Assembly (NCBI GenBank): GCA_030141605.1
Contig: JAQGDQ010000335.1
Location: 1-64,000 of the forward strand
Origin: Tubiluchus corallicola
Taxonomy: Eukaryota > Animalia > Priapulida
Length of the DNA stretch: 64,000 nucleotides
Direction of reading: 5' to 3'
This document shows positions 15,417 through 64,000 of this stretch, piece after piece. The notes under the pieces were generated by a model that saw only the letters and a program-made list of their open reading frames with translations, was not told the origin of the DNA and ran no database searches. Position 1 is the stretch's first letter; each line of letters opens with the position of its first letter. Both the position numbers and the translations under genes were made by a program.

Positions 15417-15447
15417 AAAAGGAAAGGAAAGGAAAGGAAAGGAAAGA
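15417..15447. repeat. (GGAAA)n within a purine-rich tract
   Basis: Direct reading. Confidence 0.9.
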
Positions 15448-16204
15448 ATGGGAAAGAAAAATAGCATAAAAAGAGAAAGGAAAAAAGAAAAAGGTTTTGT
15501 TTTCGTTCAAAACGCAAACTGATTGTGTTGCAGTTTAACATCGCGAATGCAATTATTATGAGAAACATTAAGACAAAGAAGGTCAGATGTTTGTATAATT
15601 TAATTCTAATGGCATTTATGTATATGATTTCCGCAACTACAGCTTCATTCTCTTCCATGTTCTTTATCTCAAATGAAATAAGCCTACCTAATTTAGTGTC
15701 TTCTAATTTACTGTTTGTATAGAATCCGATCACCTGGAGTAATCAGAAACGAAAATTTTCGTTTTCATGGTTTTCTGTCTCTGAACTTGCGTCTTATTTT
15801 GGGAGTACGGGTTTACCGGGAACTCTTCTAAACTCGAGTTGAACAGGCGCGTGCATAGTCTGTTCTATACTGAGTGCATCTAAGTTCTATTTTGTTTGGT
15901 GGGAGTTTCTCGTTTCTTCCTTTTATTTTGCTCGAAGACCGCATGCAGAAAACGTTCGCTCATTGCACAAAACGATATAATATGAAATGAATGTTATAGA
16001 ACGTTACGCATTAGACTGATAGGCGAAAGTTCCAAATTTCAATCTAATTCAATACTGAGCTAATGTGGCGTCACCAATTACGTCATCACGATCGCAGTCA
16101 AATTATACTGATCTAATGTCAGGAGATTTTAGTCCAATTTGATATAGTTTACATCACACATTTGTACAAATTTGCAGAAACGTTAATAACATGCTACAGT
16201 TAGT

Positions 16205-16400
16205 TGATATGTTGTTGTCATTGTTGTTGTTGCTCTGGTGTTGCTACTGTTATTGTTGTTGTTCATGACAATGCCAAAGGCAATGACAATGATGACATTG
16301 GTGTTGATGACGATGATGATGATTATGACCATGAGAGCGATGATGATGACGGCGATGATGAAGACGATAACGATGATGATGATGACGATGATGATGACGT
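16205..16400. repeat. Degenerate (GTT)n then (GAT)n trinucleotide repeat
   Basis: Direct reading. Confidence 0.9.
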
Positions 16401-16969
16401 TATTGGTATTTCAAATACTCAAAATACAAGTTTCACGGCAATCATTTACTAATACAGCGGCCAATTAAGTGAAGGTTTCAAAAACAATTATGGCAGACGC
16501 TTCAGATTTGCGGCAGTTTTTGGTATTTTACTAAACAAAGGCGCTTGATTACAATAAATCTCGCGAGAGTACTGAATGAATAATGAAATACGCAACTTCA
16601 ACAGCACGGTAGCCAAAGGACTGAGAAATCTCTGTAGATCCATATGCGCAATGATCGTAATAATTATCAGCCCTCAAGTTATCGGATAGGCTTAATATTT
16701 GCTTGTTAAATATGGATGAGCCGCGATCATTGCATGTAATATATATGTTAGATAATTCCTCTGAGTTTCTGTTTGCTTTTAATTTATGGCACTTGATTTT
16801 GTCCGAGTTGGTGATTTAGAGAGAAACGGCAGGATGGAAACCGGAAGTTGGAGAGTACCTCGTCTACGTTTTTTATGACGCAGAGGAGAATTCGATAAAA
16901 TAATGTGGGTGGAAATGGTGTAGTGAAGCTTGGGCGTAGCAATTTGCCCGCCGTAAAGAAGCCAAGAAG

Positions 16970-17071
<102 letters not shown>

Positions 17072-19663
17072 TTTAAAATTTGCGATCGTTGTCTTCAATA
17101 GCACCCATACGTGCGTTTCAGGGGATTGTTGTTTTAAATGCATGCACCATGTTTAGTATTCTTTCTGCATGCTCTTGGCCAATTGATTTAAGTAATAAAA
17201 ATCATGTATAATTTTGTACTGACAATAAGTTCCTAATGTCTATGACTTGAGGAATAACAGTAATTTGATTTGAGCTAGAGTGGCAATACAGCTAAGCCAT
17301 AAGGAGACCCATAATAGGGGTTGGAGTTTAAACTTTGCATACGTCTGGCAGTGTAATTTGATTTTTGTAATTTGCAAAAGATATATAAAGTTTGTTCGCA
17401 TATCAAACGAAAGTTGTACTAACTACCAACTAGAATCATCACTAAAGTTTGATCAGCTTCCACGGTTTTAATGTCAAGCGCACGAGTGTAATTTATCCAG
17501 CAATAGTTGAATGTACTATGTAGTTGAATATTTGAATGATAAACGCATGTACGAATTTTTATGATTCAACTGCAGTTACATGGCCTAACACTGACCAAGT
17601 GAGTAAACTAATTTTAAAGGCACTGTCACACCATCAACTTTTGTTATCCAACTACAATAAATGGACGAGAAATGCTAAATCTCTCTCAGCACTATCATAA
17701 TCATATGGCCCTGACCAACTTTCACTGGTTAACTTTTGTGAGAAGACTTCCGATTTTCTTGCGAAGCCGTGTGCGAAAAAAGTTAACACCTCTTCGCTGC
17801 ATTGTAGTTTGACAAATAATAAATTTTAGCTGGCACAATTAGTATAATTTTAGTCCATATTTAAATTCGCTTGCTCCTTCAGCAGTAGGTCTATATTGTA
17901 CAGGTGTGATACGAGAAGACAACTTTGTACGTCTTTCTGTTTTTCGAATTTGTCTTTAATTTTTAGGGCCTAACTAAACACGTCCTTAAAAAGGTGTAAT
18001 AATCCTTGCCGGTGATTTAAATGGCGCCATCAAGGTCTGCATTCCTTGTAGTTTGGCTTATTTTATTATTTTAATTTTACATTTGCAAGCCATCCAATTA
18101 GCGTATTATTGCAACGCTGCAGTAAAACTGACCTATCTCAACCGCCTATAATGCAAAATATCTTCCTCGACTGATCGCTGTCGCCCCTTTGATTACATCC
18201 TACGTCAGTGAAACTATACGTGCAAGACGAACCACGGGAGAGAAACTGTTTGTAAATATTCAGCGGTGTGAGCTACATAGAAAGTGATAGTGCATGCGAC
18301 CTAAAAAGTCTGCTGTTAGCAGCAATGACATGGAAATTCTCGGCATATTTGAACTGCAGCAAAAGAAATAAAACAGATCATTTCGGCTGCGAACCCTCTA
18401 GCATGATGAATCTGAGTGAAAATTATACGTTTTACATCGCACATAGTCATCGCGATGCTTACTCTGCGATAGTGGCTATGAAATAAATTTGTTACATAGC
18501 ATTACAGTTATAGTAAGATGGGTAATCGTCTTGTAATAATGACAAAAATAATAGAATTTCTTTGCAAGCTCGATTAGCACGTTGACACACATTGAACTCC
18601 AGTGAATTCGTTTCCGACACAATCGTTTTCAAGATTCCAATAATATTTCGTTTACTGTGTCTCGTCTTGAGACAGCACGCGTACAACTGCAGTCGAGCGT
18701 CTCGAAGACATTGCACATTTCAACTAACAAGAAATCTTGTGACAATGATGTTAATACAATAACAGTTCTCGTAGCTACCAATAAGATGGAAAAATTCATT
18801 TACAATTGTAAAACTACTGCGTTAATTTTGCTTAGTCACTTGCGATGTAATCTATAAAGAGGTCTGTAATTTCGCTTCACTGTTCTCGTTCATTCTGTAA
18901 TTTCGCTATTTAACGTTCGTTCACTATTTTCTGTAATTCTCTCTTTTTGTTATTTTATTTTGAAAACATGGCAGTAGCTCGGCTTGGAGAGCATCTACGA
19001 AGCTGAGATTTGGCAAATGGATAAAATATGCCACCATTAATTATTAGTATAACATTTGTTAATATATTTCTTTTTATTTTCATTACGAGCAAGGCGGTAA
19101 CCCAATGGCTCCCATTTCGACTACTTGTAAAATAGCACATAGACCTATAAATTTTCTACTTCAATTGTAACTTAATGACAAAACCCTTGCTTTGTGGTCT
19201 ATCAAGCTTTCAAGATAAATAATAAATTATCATAAACCTATCATAAACTGATGTGATTAATGATGTCCCATATAGCGATTCTCATACATTCACGAAAACA
19301 TAAGCATGTATTTTCATATGAAAAATTAGGAACTATTGTGCAAAGAAAACAACGTAACTTTTTTCTTATTCCTTTGGCACTTTTCAGTTCAATTAATTAA
19401 GCGCCTTTGTTGTAAAATATTGCTTTGCAGCAGCTTTTACACCTTTAATTGGGCCACAAAAACACATCAAGACACAATTTTAAGTGAGACAGGCAAAGCT
19501 ATTAATTATTGTATGGAATTATGTATGGCAACCCAATCTTAATCCTGAATTAATTTAAAAACAGCTGAATTATTGACTGTCAATTAATTATGTGCCCAGA
19601 AATTTATGCCACAATCAATTAGCAGCTCATCATGCAATGATTAATAATTAATTAATATCTTAC

Positions 19664-20153
19664 CTTTAATGAACTCAACTGCTTGATCCAATCCATACGT
19701 GTCCTTGTCGCAATCATCTAGAATTCTTGCCCCAATCCGAACGCCCGGTATGAACGTCTCGTTAGCGTGATTGTTGATGTAGTCCAAGGTAAACAGCATC
19801 ATCTCCAGGGCCTGGATACCTCCCTGAGGCATGATGGGACCACAGATGATTTCGTCGTTTCTCTCGTGGACCATCATCAAACCACCAAGGATTAGGTCAC
19901 CTTCGACCTTGGCGATCTTTCTTATGGGCCAATCCTGTTCCCCTGTCTTACTGTTCTTGTCTGTCTTTTTCGAGCGTTTAGTGTGACGGTGTCGCACGTT
20001 ACTCTGAACGTCAAACAAGGAAGAAATGTCAAACGCAGAAACTGGCTCGTCTAATGAGACAGGGTTAAGTTTTACAGAGGCCTCAACTTGGAAAGTGTCA
20101 AACAAAGCGACAGCGGTGATACACATTACAACAAAAATGACAGCGGTGCCCAT
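19664..20153 (-). CDS. mtt: First coding exon of a class C GPCR, metabotropic glutamate receptor-like, mangetout/mXR type (signal peptide plus start of the Venus flytrap domain)
   Basis: ATG in AAAATGG context; hydrophobic signal peptide; EGDLILGGLMMVH, CGPIMPQGGIQALE and ILDDCDKDTYGL match mXR/mangetout rather than canonical mGluR (GGLFPVH, GIQRLE, DTCSRD). Donor AAG|GTAAG at 19663; likely acceptor at 20469. No further exon recognised in 1-19663. Confidence 0.85.
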
Positions 20154-20468
20154 TTTGGAACAACAAATTCTATGCGTTTTTTTCCTTTTTTTAGTTGATT
20201 TCAGCTTTGGTACGAACCGCGACGATCACATGTGTTTTCCCACGTAAAGCAGAGGGTCGAAGCCATGTCAATGCGGTGTAAAAAGATTCGGAATAGTCTT
20301 GTTAACTGCCAGCGTCTCTGGCTGGTTGGTGTGGCTTCAGGAGCAATGGAGGCGGCGCCAAACGTAAGACTGATAATCGATGCACGCACGTTCAGAGCAG
20401 GCAGAAGCAAGTGCGCAACCTATGCCATCATTACAGAAATTACCAACAATTACCATATCATTAAGCAG
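20154..20468 (-). promoter_or_regulatory. Probable 5' UTR part of the mXR exon, carrying several uORFs
   Basis: Acceptor TTTCACTCTGCCTACAG ending at 20469; uATGs at 20461, 20456, 20431, 20266 and 20231. Confidence 0.5.
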
Positions 20469-20579
20469 CTGTAGGCAGAGTGAAATACGATTAGGACAAA
20501 TACTGTCATGTCGCTGTCCCATGTATATGTGCACTAATAGTCATTTGGAAACGTTCCTGTTTCGTTTATCTGCTTCTCC

Positions 20580-20985
20580 ATTCTTATTACTCCTTTCTTT
20601 CCTTTTCTTCTTTCTTAATGCCTAGTTTTGTCTCTTTCTTTCTTTGCATTTTTTATATTCTTCTTCCAATTCTCCGTTTTTGTCACGTTTACCATTTTTT
20701 CTCTGTGTCTTTCTTTGGTTCTTTCTTTCTTTTTCCTTTCTTTCTTCTTCCTTCTTACCTATATTCGCGCTCTCTGTCGTTTCATTTTTTTATTTCTACT
20801 GGTGTCTTTTTTCACACTTCTTATTTTTTTCGTATTTTCCTTCATACTTTCTCCCAGTTTCTTTCTTTCTCCATTTAGCTTTTCTTTTTATCTTTCTTTC
20901 TTCTCCGTATATTTTCTACATTTGTTTCATTTTCACTCGTTTCACTCATTTTTTCCTTTCTTTCCTTTCTTGCTTTCTTTAACTT
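20580..20985. repeat. Low-complexity pyrimidine-rich tract
   Basis: About 400 bp dominated by T and C. Confidence 0.85.
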
Positions 20986-23053
20986 CCGTTGACTACTTAG
21001 TCAGTGGGTAATATGTTTACCAAGATTTCTAGCTTTACCTTTAACAAAAACTTTAACAAACTGCACGTGAATTAAATGGTTTCTCGATTGTGGTCTCTGG
21101 CTAGACCCTCCTCTACACTTGGCAATGCTCATTCTTTCGATCTACTGCTAGAAGGCGGTTACCGAGTCAACTTCGATATAGGATTTAGACGTACAAACCG
21201 ACCTGGCTGGCTAATGATTCTCTGCCCACCACATGTTGGTTCTCACGTAGATGTGACTGGATTACAACGGTAGTTGCTACTATTTGTTCTTTAGTGTCCA
21301 TTGATTAAGTGTAGGTTGACTGCTTACACATTACACAAACCGAATGTGTCGGGTTTAAACAGAAATTTCACAGAAATACAGGACCCTTCAAACAAACCCA
21401 ACGAAGTAGAACGGATAATTTAATTCTGTAATCCAAACGCAACCGGCACAGGGGGACTTATCTGTCACGTTTAGCATTTGTATAGTTTTGTGTCAAAAAG
21501 CTTTGATCAAATTCCAATTCATAATTGATTTATCAGAATCAACATTAAAATAACAAATTGATGACAGCAAATGCTACTAGTACACACTAACAATATTTTA
21601 GAAGTTTCTTTTAGATTCCGTAATGCCTAACAATGATTTTCATCGTTACACCTATATTACAATTTGTACTATGTCACACTCACTGGTAATCAAGAATCTA
21701 GTTAAACCTACATATGGTATATAGAAAAGAATTATGGAAAATTAGTTATGATACTTGAGTATATTGTTGTCAACTGTTGACTCACCTGTTAGGCCTCAAC
21801 CCGTTGTCTCCAGGATACGCCGATATGAAAAATGTAATTGTTGCAAAAAGACGAATAAATCCTACGCTACATATACGCGTACGTTGCAATTTGGAAGTTT
21901 TTTGCTTCTTAATGTTTTTGTTATGGTTGACCAATGTGCTATGCTTAGTTGGCATTTGTACTAAGTTCGTTCAACTTAAACGTCAAAAATTTCTTTCTTT
22001 GTTATTGTCCAACATTATTCCAATGATAGAAGCATTCCCAGTAGAAATTCTATATTTACAATCTCAGCTAAGCTAATAAAATCAAAATTGCACATCAAAG
22101 ACGTTTTCAATCTTCTGCCTATTATGGACATCATGTTGATATCTGAGCAGTGCTGATAATGAAATTCATAGATTATGCACGCGGATATGCACGCTAAATG
22201 TATTATAAGACTTGCTGTCGGGGCGAATTGTTTCTACATCCCAGAGAGGGTAGGATGGAATAATTAGAGAAGATTGTGATAGCAAATTAATTTATAAACC
22301 GACAACTCTGCTGAACTGACGCCACCATAAATTATGCTACGCAATGTAAAATTCTACCAAATGCTTGCACTTGTGGAGTATGTAAACAATTTTATTTATT
22401 AAAAATATCAAACAAGTTTGACTTGAAAACTTTTTTTATTTTTATACATTTTCAAATCACAGGTGAAACGGGACCGACGCGCAATAGAGTATGATAGGCA
22501 AGGTGTTTAAAAAATTATCTAAAATTTTTGCTTAGCTAAATAGTTGATTGGTAGAATGTAGATTATTTGCAGCATTTCGGACGAGTGTCTTATAATTAAA
22601 ACATTCATAAATCTCACACTTGTACAGACTATACTATATTACTTCACTAATTATGAAAAATTTTGATGCTAGAACAACCGTCACTTATGTGCATGTATAA
22701 CATTCATAAATGAATAGTAAAACTTGTATATCAATCTTAATGTGACGTTTTGATGTTAGAACAACAACATATACGAAACTAAAATTAACTCATGAACATT
22801 CAATTCAATCTTGCTACAATTTCTCATAAAAAGAATGTAAAAATAAACACCGAATATTATAATCAGTTATGTTTCCCTACTTAAGCGACTTTAGAGTAGT
22901 CTTAGTTACGGATATTAAACTTGAAACACTGCTTCAGCTTCTACCGAACAAAGAAACGCCATAAATTTAAATGGATAAACTTTCGAAAATCTCGAAGCCT
23001 TATTGTTTGAAACACAGCTCAAGTAGCAATCTTGAGCCGCTTCTCAGCCTCTT

Positions 23054-23292
23054 ATCTCTATCTGGACGCATTCCTTCGTCATAGAAGACGACATTCTGCT
23101 TTCTCATTGATTACTTGTTAAACTTGCACGCATTAAAACTTATCAGTTTTTGTCTAACTTTTCCAAGAGTTTCTTACGCTTGGTTCTCATCTCTATCTGG
23201 ACGCATTTCTTCGTCATAGACGACATTCTGCTTTCTCATTGATTACTTGTTAAACTTGCAAGCATTAAAACTTGCCAGTTTTTTCTACTTTT
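23054..23292. repeat. Tandem duplication, two copies of about 105 bp, period 135 bp
   Basis: ATCTCTATCTGGACGCATT...TTGATTACTTGTTAAACTTGCA.GCATTAAAACTT at 23054 and 23189. Confidence 0.9.
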
Positions 23293-24022
23293 TGGTGTGG
23301 TTTCAGATTGGAATCCAGCTACTTTATATCAGCGTAGCTATTTGCTTTTCAATATTCAGTTATGGTGACGTCAGATTAGTTAGTGGCGACGAGTGTGATC
23401 GGTCAGGAATAGCAGATTAGAAGACGCTTAGATTTTTATTATTTGCATTCAAATCCGTCTTGTTATTATTTATTCACTTTCAAAAACATACCGTAGCTCA
23501 ATTCGCACAATAACTTTTTCATATTGCCTCATTTTCCCAAGCGCTGCTTCTGTGTGGAATTTAGTTTTCGTTACTAACCTAATGAGTTCGCTTTCTTTAG
23601 TTCTTTATGAGAAAATGCCATGTGGTCCTCTTTACTTCATCAATTATTATAGTTGAATAAGGTTAAAATTACTTTCAAAGTACTTCTAAACCATCTTTAG
23701 CATAGGCGTATAAAACAAAATAACAAATTCACTGCAGTTAGGCCTATATGCGAAACTGTCTAAAAATTTAAACTAAGCTAAGCGAGCTAAAATAATAATA
23801 TAAAATTGTTTATTCTGAATTAGTGATTGATATATCCGCCTATAAGTAGACCAAGCGCTGATAATTTGGTTGCTGCTAAAAAGGTGGCAACTGTCACGTG
23901 ACTGTCATCAAATTTTGGTCATCCATGTCTAACTAATTTTATGCCCAACTGTGACCAACTATCGTTGGCTGATTTCTTTAAATCTTTAGTGAAAATAGTA
24001 TAATTATGTAGCTATTGACGAT

Positions 24023-24410
24023 CAGGGCCTATTTCAAGGGGGGAAAGTGGGGATACTTCCCCGGGGCCTCACCCTCCAGGGGGGCCTCGCGTCAAGGTAA
24101 CATTTTTTTGCTTTATGTAAACATACTGCCTCCTCTCTCCCTCTTGCCGCACGCGCGCCGTTTGCCAGTATTGACAAGTATTAAGGACTGGTCTTCAGAA
24201 TAAAGCAGTTTTTCTTTCAATTGTTCTTTCCTTTAACAACTGTATAACACCATATTTTCTCTTCGAAAATGCTTCTCCGGCGTTCTAGCAGTTCAAAAAT
24301 TTTCTGGGCGCCAACCACGGTAGCGCCCGGCCCCTGGCGCTTCGCCCCACCCCGATGGGGCCTCATACGCCCCACTTCCCCGGACCTCGCCTAGGCTGAA
24401 ATAGGCCCTG
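24023..24410. mobile_element. hAT-type MITE, 388 bp
   Basis: Perfect 14-bp TIRs CAGGGCCTATTTCA; perfect 8-bp TSD TTGACGAT (24015-24022, 24411-24418); GC-rich subterminal repeats. Confidence 0.88.
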
Positions 24411-25257
24411 TTGACGATACATCATTAGGTAAGTCTGAACGAAAATCATGATGAAAAAACTTGTTGTCTATTTAGTCAAACATTCATGTCAGCAGTTGGG
24501 CTAACTTCAGATTGGGTGACTAACCACGAGATCGCGTTGGTGTGCTTACGTAAGTGATTCGTGACCGCCTGGGTTTTGATATTTGCTCTGGAGGGTTTCG
24601 TTCACTATACTCGCAATGACTTTTACTTCGCAGGATATATATATATATATATATACATCTAAACATGACTAAGAACCTCTGTCAGTTCAGTGGCTCATCT
24701 TAAATAGTTTTTGATAACGAGCTACGTCAATTCCAAGTTGCAGTGGACTCTTGGATTATTTAACATTTAAATTATTTTGCTGTTAATCCTTTTTTTATAT
24801 TTAATTTAACCGGTTATGGATATCATGCAGCCTACATGTCTGTGTTCGAAATAAATCAATAACTAATGCAACCATGTCGTTATTTCACTCACACCAAGTC
24901 AAAGTGTAAATTCCAGCTTGTCCATCTTGGCACACAACGCTTGACCAAATCACTATTGAATGCCAAATTTTCGATTTCTGCTAAAATTTCGAGTTTAGTC
25001 ATCCATGACCAAATAACTGAAAGAGGCGACAGAAAAACCATTCTCTTTCAAACAGTCACATCTGGTTTGCACCCTGTCTCATCATCTCCAATCCACGAAG
25101 GGTAAAAACTGGATTTAGGACAATTTCTTGAAGAGCTGATTTCAATAAGGAGTGACATGATAACATATTATCCAGGCGATAGCATACTACAATGGGGTCA
25201 TTAAAGATACGGAGAAATGTAAGTGTTGAGGGGATTGCACGATAGAATGAAAAGCGG

Positions 25258-25296
25258 GAGAGAGAGAGAGAGAGAGAGGAGAGGAGAGAGAAAGAG
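25258..25296. repeat. (GA)n microsatellite
   Basis: Direct reading. Confidence 0.9.
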
Positions 25297-25980
25297 GGTG
25301 AATGTGTGAGTGGACCTTCTGAAAATAAAAAGAAATAAAAGCTAAAAACATATTTAGTAAAATAGGTATTTGGCACACGTTTCATTTAAGAAGCAATGTG
25401 AAAAACTGCCGTCAAACAGAAACTTACCAGTACACATATATAGACAGTATCGACATTGAAGCCCAAGTAATAAACCCACGTTCCCTCATTAATCCCTTAA
25501 ATACTGTCACTTAAAACCTGTAAAAGCGTTTTGAGTTCTTGTTAAGCAAGGTAAGTTTGTCAAGTTGTACATTAAATTTCATTACAAACTTTAACTGCAT
25601 GGTGTCTCTACTTTGCATCTTTTAGTTTGTTAATAAGATACCCTCTGCTAGATACAGGTGTGAAAAGGCTTAAAGATTATTCCCCATAATCGAAACACCA
25701 ATGCTTCGCACAGTTTTACATTTAGTATTACTGCTGCAGTGTGACCCTAAAATAATAAATTAAGCAGCAGTCACACAGCAGAAGTGATACTAAATGTAGA
25801 ACTCCACAATGAAAAAAGTGTACACATTTTTACTCCACATTGCAAAACTACCAAAAACTATGCAAGTATTAAATGAGCACATAACTTTTGCTTCCAATGT
25901 AACCAATTACAAATTTATGTTTGTCATAGCTCCAAATGCATCCAAATACAATGCAATAAAAACTAGATGATAATATAGTG

Positions 25981-25986
25981 TTTATT
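25981..25986 (-). terminator. Candidate polyadenylation signal of DYNC2H1 (3' UTR about 1 kb)
   Basis: First AATAAA I found on the minus strand downstream of the stop, followed by T/GT-rich sequence. Confidence 0.4.
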
Positions 25987-26948
25987 CATATTTAACAACA
26001 AATAACCATGTAGGCTCAGTCCAAACAATGATGGACAGCCCAATTTTTTGTTTGGGTGCATCCTCACTCTAAAGCAAAAGTACTACAAAAATCGGTGGGA
26101 GCCTGAAATTTGAGGCTGGGGCCACATAAAAGCTTAAATTAGGTTAAGTTAGTTTAAAAACCAACGAGAAATAATTCACATTCACAAGTACATGTGCACC
26201 ACTGGTAGAGCATGGAATAAAGGACGAAAAAACACTTCATGTTAATAAAACCTACAGATAAAGTAAATAGGTGAAACAAAAACTGACATAATTCACACAA
26301 TATAAACTCAAACAAAACCAACACAAACCAAAATTTTGTGATTAATCAAAAAATGCGTAATTAATGTGGTTCACCACATGGACGGAATAAGAGATCACAG
26401 ATCATGATTCTGCTTTAAATTGCACAACTCAAGAAAATTCTTATTTGGAAAAAGTTAGCTTAAAAATCACCAGTTACTAGCAGAAACAGTTTCAGTATTT
26501 TTGGTGGATTATAATAAGTGAAGTGTTTCTTAGAAAGTACATGTGGCAGTTAATAAAAAGTTTCAAAAGATAAAATGTAATGTAGACAATGAGGAGCAAT
26601 GTATACTTGGGTAATATTTGAACCCCTAATATATTGTTTTCTCATGTGACAAGAAAAAAATTGATACTTGCTCATGTTTTTGAGCTAAAACTTTTACTAG
26701 AACGTTTTGGTACTATTTTGCTACCCGATGCCAGATTTTGCTATTTTTCTATCAGAACAGTGTCATACACATCAGTTTTTAAACTTCTGTAACAAAAGAC
26801 AATTTTCAATTTTATATTGGCTAAACAAGACAGGTGTACTTTTCTGAAAGTAGCTAACAAGTTCAATGTTAGTTATTCAACTTCTCAAAGAATTCGACGA
26901 GCTCTGAGCACAGCTGAGGAAAATAGAATGAGAATTGTTTGGTGAAAA

Positions 26949-63906
<36,958 letters not shown>

Positions 63907-64000
63907 CTTAAGAAAAAATACGTTTATATGCTATTAGAAAATACAGAAAAATCACTGACATTTTACTGAATACCTGGCTATCTAAGAAATTAGCAGTAAT

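Noticed and set aside
20380-21011. Phe/Leu/Ser-rich ORFs resembling membrane proteins
   Set aside because: Artefact of the pyrimidine-rich tract; open in all three frames.
21080-21280. GC-richer SINE-like patches (also about 1840-1960, 9600-9780, 45255-45540)
   Set aside because: No second copy, TSD or clear Pol III boxes within the window.
23366-23373. Perfect CRE palindrome TGACGTCA
   Set aside because: About one such 8-mer is expected by chance in 64 kb; no other support.
63974-64000. Possible further dynein exon ending CAG|GTATTC
   Set aside because: Too short to judge, and its translation does not resemble the expected upstream dynein sequence.

Overview
AT-rich eukaryotic (protostome invertebrate-like) genomic DNA, not prokaryotic. 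There are two host genes, both on the minus strand. (1) The 3' portion of cytoplasmic dynein-2 heavy chain (DYNC2H1/beethoven): 28 exons traced by hand from 63906 to the stop at 26949, all phase-compatible, about 1537 aa, with one GC-AG intron. (2) The first coding exon (19664-20153) of a class C GPCR with mangetout/mXR-type signatures, followed by an intron of more than 19 kb. The 11.3 kb dynein intron (36562-47861) holds a same-strand ionotropic receptor (IR) gene with an intronless coding region, intact except for one in-frame TAA. Just upstream of it is a young 5'-truncated RTE-type LINE with a 12-bp target-site duplication (TSD). Other elements are a full-length degenerate Tigger, a Tc2/pogo-type MITE, a hAT-type MITE, older LINE fragments, a 1.4 kb foldback with tRNA-like arms, several hairpins and many microsatellites. 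CpG content drops sharply over the dynein gene body. The best candidate for something new is the IR nested in a ciliary-motor gene with a single stop codon (possible readthrough pseudo-pseudogene); this remains a hypothesis. All identities come from motif recognition, not database searches.
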